The position numbers and the translations under genes were made by a program. This document shows, piece by piece, positions 61,778-64,000 of a stretch of DNA of 64,000 nt. The stretch's first letter is position 1; the number at the start of each line of letters is the position of its first letter. Origin of the DNA: Basidiobolus meristosporus CBS 931.73 (lineage: Eukaryota > Fungi > Basidiobolomycota); the NCBI GenBank assembly GCA_002104905.1, contig MCFE01000472.1, positions 5,357-69,356 of the forward strand, given 5' to 3'. The notes under the pieces were generated by a model. The model had not been told where the DNA came from. It was given only the letters and a program-made list of their open reading frames with translations, and did not search any database.

Positions 61778-63768
61778 TTAGGGTTAGGGGGGAGACAGTC
61801 ACCAACAGGTGAAATCTTTATTTCAGTTGAAACAAAGAAGCCAGCGCTACTGTTGTAGCTTTGATACAAGAGTGTGTAGCTGAGGGGAATTTGTAGGTAA
61901 GTTAATAAGAAGTGATGATAGTTCTTCAGTGCTCAAGACACTGTTCAGTGGGAAGGGGGGTAGCAAGAGAGGTAAGAATGACTTGTGAACAACATTAATG
62001 AGGGGAATGTGATAAGGATTGATATTCATCATAAAGGGAGTGTGCTGCTGCAGATATTGCTGCCAAAGGTCTGTCAAGTACTTTAGGTAGGCCAGCTTGG
62101 GCTTTTCTGACTGCAGAATAAATTCAGCAAACTTCTTGACTTCAGGATCTCCAAGTATAGTTCTCCAGCAGGAGCCAGGTGTTGTGTGGTGTGTTCTCTT
62201 CCAGGCCTTAATCAGTGGGTTGTTGCAGTTGTGAAGTCTGAGGTATAATCTGGTTCTAAGGTAGAGAAGTCTGATCTTATAGGGCATAAACCCAAAAGCA
62301 CCAAGAATAGCATGTCTGTAGGGGCATTCAGGCAAATGAGGCACCAAGGAGGTAATGCACCATACGGCAAACTTGTCAAGCTTAGTGCAGTCTCTAGAAG
62401 TAAGAGAGAGAAGCGGTAAGCCAAATTCCAGGACAGGGAAGACAAACTGCTTGAGTAGAAGAAGGCAGCTTGGAGCTGAAGTTGTAGGAGGAGTAACAGC
62501 CAGTAGCTTGTGGAGTGCCTGTCTTGCCAGGATAATTCTCTTCTTCAGGTGTGCTCCAGAGTCTAGTCCAGTAGGAAGGAAAGGAAAGCCAAGATATGTA
62601 GCAGAAACCTGAGCAGGTAGAGTGGAGTTCTCCAAGTTGATGGGAGAGCCCAAAGGTACTGTCTTTGCAATGGAAAGCTGGAGATTATTCTTCTGCAGAT
62701 ACTGGTGGATGGTCTGGGAGTCTTGTTGCACATTGGAGGAGGATATTCTGATGTCATCAGCAAAGAGAGTAACCAGGCAGTCAGCTGAGAGTCTTGGGAA
62801 ATCATTCAGGAAGATGGCAAACAGTATAGGACCAAGCACAGAGCCTTGAACCACTCCATTAGGAACTGAGAACACAGCTGATTGCTCACTTGGGTGCAGA
62901 ATTCTTGCTTGTGGATCCAGAAACAGAGACCTGACAAGGAGGGTGAGAGAGGTATGGGAGAAGCATTGCAACTTGGACCAAAGCAGATTTCTGTCAACTG
63001 AATCAAAGGCCTTAGTAATATCAAACAGAACAGAGGGATACTTGCACTGGAGAGAGTGATCTTGGCTAAGTATGACTGCATATTCCAAGGAGAGGCCAGG
63101 AACAAAGCCAAACTGTGCAGGATGAAACTTGAGGGAGTCAGAGTAGAGCTCCTGAGCAAGCAGAAGCTCAAACACCTTTCTGCAGGTGGGCAGCAGAGAT
63201 ATTGGCCTGTAGGAGCTAGGATCCAGGTGCTTTCCTTTACCCTTGTACAGTGGCAGAACATTTGCAAAGGACCATTCCTCAGGAGTAGAAAGCTGGGCTG
63301 AGCATTGCTGAAACAGTGGAAGCAGAAGTGCAGACATGGCCTTGGTACTAGTCTTCAGAAGCTCATAGGAGATTGTGTCCACACCTGGAGCAGTAGAGTT
63401 GGGAAGCCTCTTGAGCACATTATGGATTCTCCTTTGATCAAGTGCAAGTGGGATGGGCAGAGTCTTGAAGTCAGGATGAAAGCCAGGAGTTGAGTACTGC
63501 TTTGTAGAGAAGAAGATGTTAGCCAGCTGTTCTGTTGAAGGTAACTTCCTGGAAGAGGGCCTCATTGCCCTGTAGAGTCTTGATACTGTTCTTGTTATAG
63601 AGTTGGAAGATTGCAGAGGCAAAGAACTCATAATATGATCCCAGAGCTGAGTATGCAGAGTGTGGTGAATTGCCTTGGAATGGTGTATTGCTGTCAGGAG
63701 GAGTTTCTCTGTTTTTGGGTTAGGGAAACTCAGGTAGCTTTGTTGCAGGGCTGAAACAATGGATTCCC
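61778..63768 (-). mobile_element. Telomeric module F: 5'-truncated non-LTR (LINE-type) retrotransposon with an intact RT frame
   Basis: APGVD, P..W..A.VLPLYKGKG, YRPISLL, QFGF, FDITKAFDSV, GVVQGSVLGP, FADD, YLG. No stop from the telomere junction to the TAG at 61847. TTAGGGTTAGGG at its 3' junction. Confidence 0.95.
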
Positions 63769-64000
63769 TAGGGTTAGGGTTAGGGTTAGGGTTAGGTTAG
63801 GGTTAGGGTTAGGGTTAGGGTTAGGGTTAGGGTTAGGGTTAGGGTTAGGGTTAGGGTTAGGGTTAGGGTTAGGGTTAGGGTTAGGGTTAGGGTTAGGGTT
63901 AGGGTTAGGGTTAGGTTAGGGTTAGGGTTAGGGTTAGGGTTAGGTTAGGGTTAGGGTTAGGGTTAGGGTTAGGGTTAGGGTTAGGGTTAGGGTTAGGGTT
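63769..64000 (+). repeat. Telomere (TTAGGG)n, right chromosome end
   Basis: About 38 tandem TTAGGG units to the window end, with three TTAGG variants. The G-rich strand runs 5'->3' toward the end. Confidence 0.99.

Noticed and set aside
61778-61860. Hammerhead ribozyme interpretation of the 3' motif (GAAA between two stems)
   Set aside because: No CUGANGA on either strand, and the base that should be U16.1 is A. An HDV-like fold could not be built either.
62212-63493. Short overlapping ORFs within the RT
   Set aside because: Shadow frames of the RT coding sequence with no independent features.
61847-63631. Penelope-like (Athena/Coprina) or TERT identity for the telomeric RT
   Set aside because: The motifs (APGVD, YRPISLL, QFGF, QGSVLGP, FADD) are non-LTR/LINE type.
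63790-63946. TTAGG variant units in the telomere
   Set aside because: Three single-G losses are consistent with homopolymer sequencing error or telomerase slippage.

Overview
This 64-kb window is the right end of an intron-containing fungal chromosome and finishes in a (TTAGGG)n telomere. Gene content and CpG-depleted repeats suggest an early-diverging fungus; Zoopagomycota/Basidiobolus-like is a guess. It has three zones. (1) 1-13.6 kb: a nearly CpG-free nest of decayed Ty3/gypsy, Ty1/copia and CACTA-like elements. (2) 13.7-59.3 kb: a CpG-normal gene block (CRAL-TRIO protein, CBM18-chitin deacetylase, SWSAP1-like ATPase, DUF1769, NudE, a cluster of Gly-rich secreted proteins around PDB1, AIM25-like scramblase, PLC1, HAP5, carotenoid oxygenase, 2OG-Fe(II) oxygenase, class 3 lipase, a single-pass membrane protein). 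(3) 59.57-63.77 kb: the most notable part, a head-to-tail stack of five 5'-truncated, co-oriented modules whose sense strand points away from the telomere. Each ends in the same ~80-nt structured motif (up to three hairpins, with covariation) next to a TTAGGG/G-run seed. The cargo differs: an open LINE-type RT frame running into the telomere, a decayed copy of that RT's 3' end, a separate ORF1-like frame, a third unknown decayed frame and a 95-bp stub. I interpret this as a modular, chromosome-end-extending non-LTR retrotransposon system. All alignments and folds were done by eye; no database searches were run.
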